The notes beneath the pieces are model-generated. The model worked only from the letters and a program-made list of their open reading frames with translations. It was not told the origin of the DNA and searched no databases. Shown here piece by piece: positions 25,903 to 26,238 of a stretch of DNA of 26,238 bases. How positions within the stretch are numbered: the stretch's first letter is position 1; the number at the start of each line of letters is the position of its first letter. A program made the position numbers and the translations under genes. The DNA lies in IMG/VR virus record IMGVR_UViG_3300033076_001240, positions 1-26,238 of that record. One strand, written 5' to 3'. The DNA is from a virus. Its lineage: Duplodnaviria > Caudoviricetes.

Positions 25903-26238
25903 TTAAAAATTAGATTTTAGATTTTCCTTTTCAATTATATTTTTCAAACTAGAAACATAGTTTGGGTCTTCTGCGTAAGATTGAGAAAGATACTGAAAAT
26001 ATTCCTTTTCATTTTTAATCTTACTCAAATATGTTGAATAATACAATGCATAATCGTAAATTGATTCACTCCAACTATCATAGTATGCATGGCCATTTTG
26101 AGTACCACCTGCTATATTAATTCTGGACTTTGCTTCTTTCATTCCAAAAAGATTATTATTTTCTTTAAACATTTTGGATGAATAATTTCCACTTTCTAAT
26201 TTAGCTTGAGCTAAAACAATGTGAGGAAATCTAAAATT
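25903..26238 (-). CDS. GH73 glucosaminidase/muramidase (partial; N-terminus outside the window)
   Basis: The frame is open to the window edge: PHIVLAQAKLESG...NNNLFGMK...YDSWSESIYDY...YAEDPNY. Confidence 0.85.
   Translation of the reverse strand, partial: NFRFPHIVLAQAKLESGNYSSKMFKENNNLFGMKEAKSRINIAGGTQNGHAYYDSWSESIYDYALYYSTYLSKIKNEKEYFQYLSQSYAEDPNYVSSLKNIIEKENLKSNF

Noticed and set aside
1-26238. Genome-wide stop-codon reassignment (code 15 or 4), as in some large phages
   Set aside because: Code 11 gives near-complete coding density with multi-kb ORFs, and TAG (18228) and TGA (20483) end genes right at the next start.
1-26238. CRISPR array, tRNA, intron, intein, reverse transcriptase or DGR repeats
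   Set aside because: Gaps are short (at most about 125 nt), and I saw no spaced repeats, cloverleafs, splicing motifs or long near-identical repeats by eye.

Overview
AT-rich fragment of a large tailed-phage genome, probably a myovirus-type large or jumbo phage. All credible genes lie tightly packed on the minus strand in standard code 11. In transcription order (right to left) the window holds: a partial GH73 glucosaminidase, two small hypotheticals, a gp55-like sigma factor and a NodU/CmcH carbamoyltransferase; a separately bounded four-gene unit (Ca/Zn-motif membrane protein, ADP-ribosyltransferase-like protein, Cys Ntn-hydrolase, unannotated 32-aa basic peptide); a baseplate/tail module (gp5-like hub, M15 peptidase, gp25, gp6, DNRLRE protein, 1537-aa gp7/LamG-like protein, three tail-collar-like genes) with a GT-A-like glycosyltransferase inserted; then a sulfotransferase, a GIY-YIG-like protein and the start of a DNA primase. 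Two TTTG-N20-TAnnTTT/AG promoters point to a Bacteroidota host. A recurring ATATTTATA(T) motif upstream of late genes, the reverse complement of the T4 late promoter, is a candidate target of the phage sigma factor. The most interesting leads are the ART + Ntn-hydrolase unit, a possible virion-decoration system (glycosyltransferase, sulfotransferase, carbamoyltransferase and [ST]GS-rich baseplate proteins), and the inverted late-promoter motif. All family calls come from motifs recognised by eye; no database search was run.
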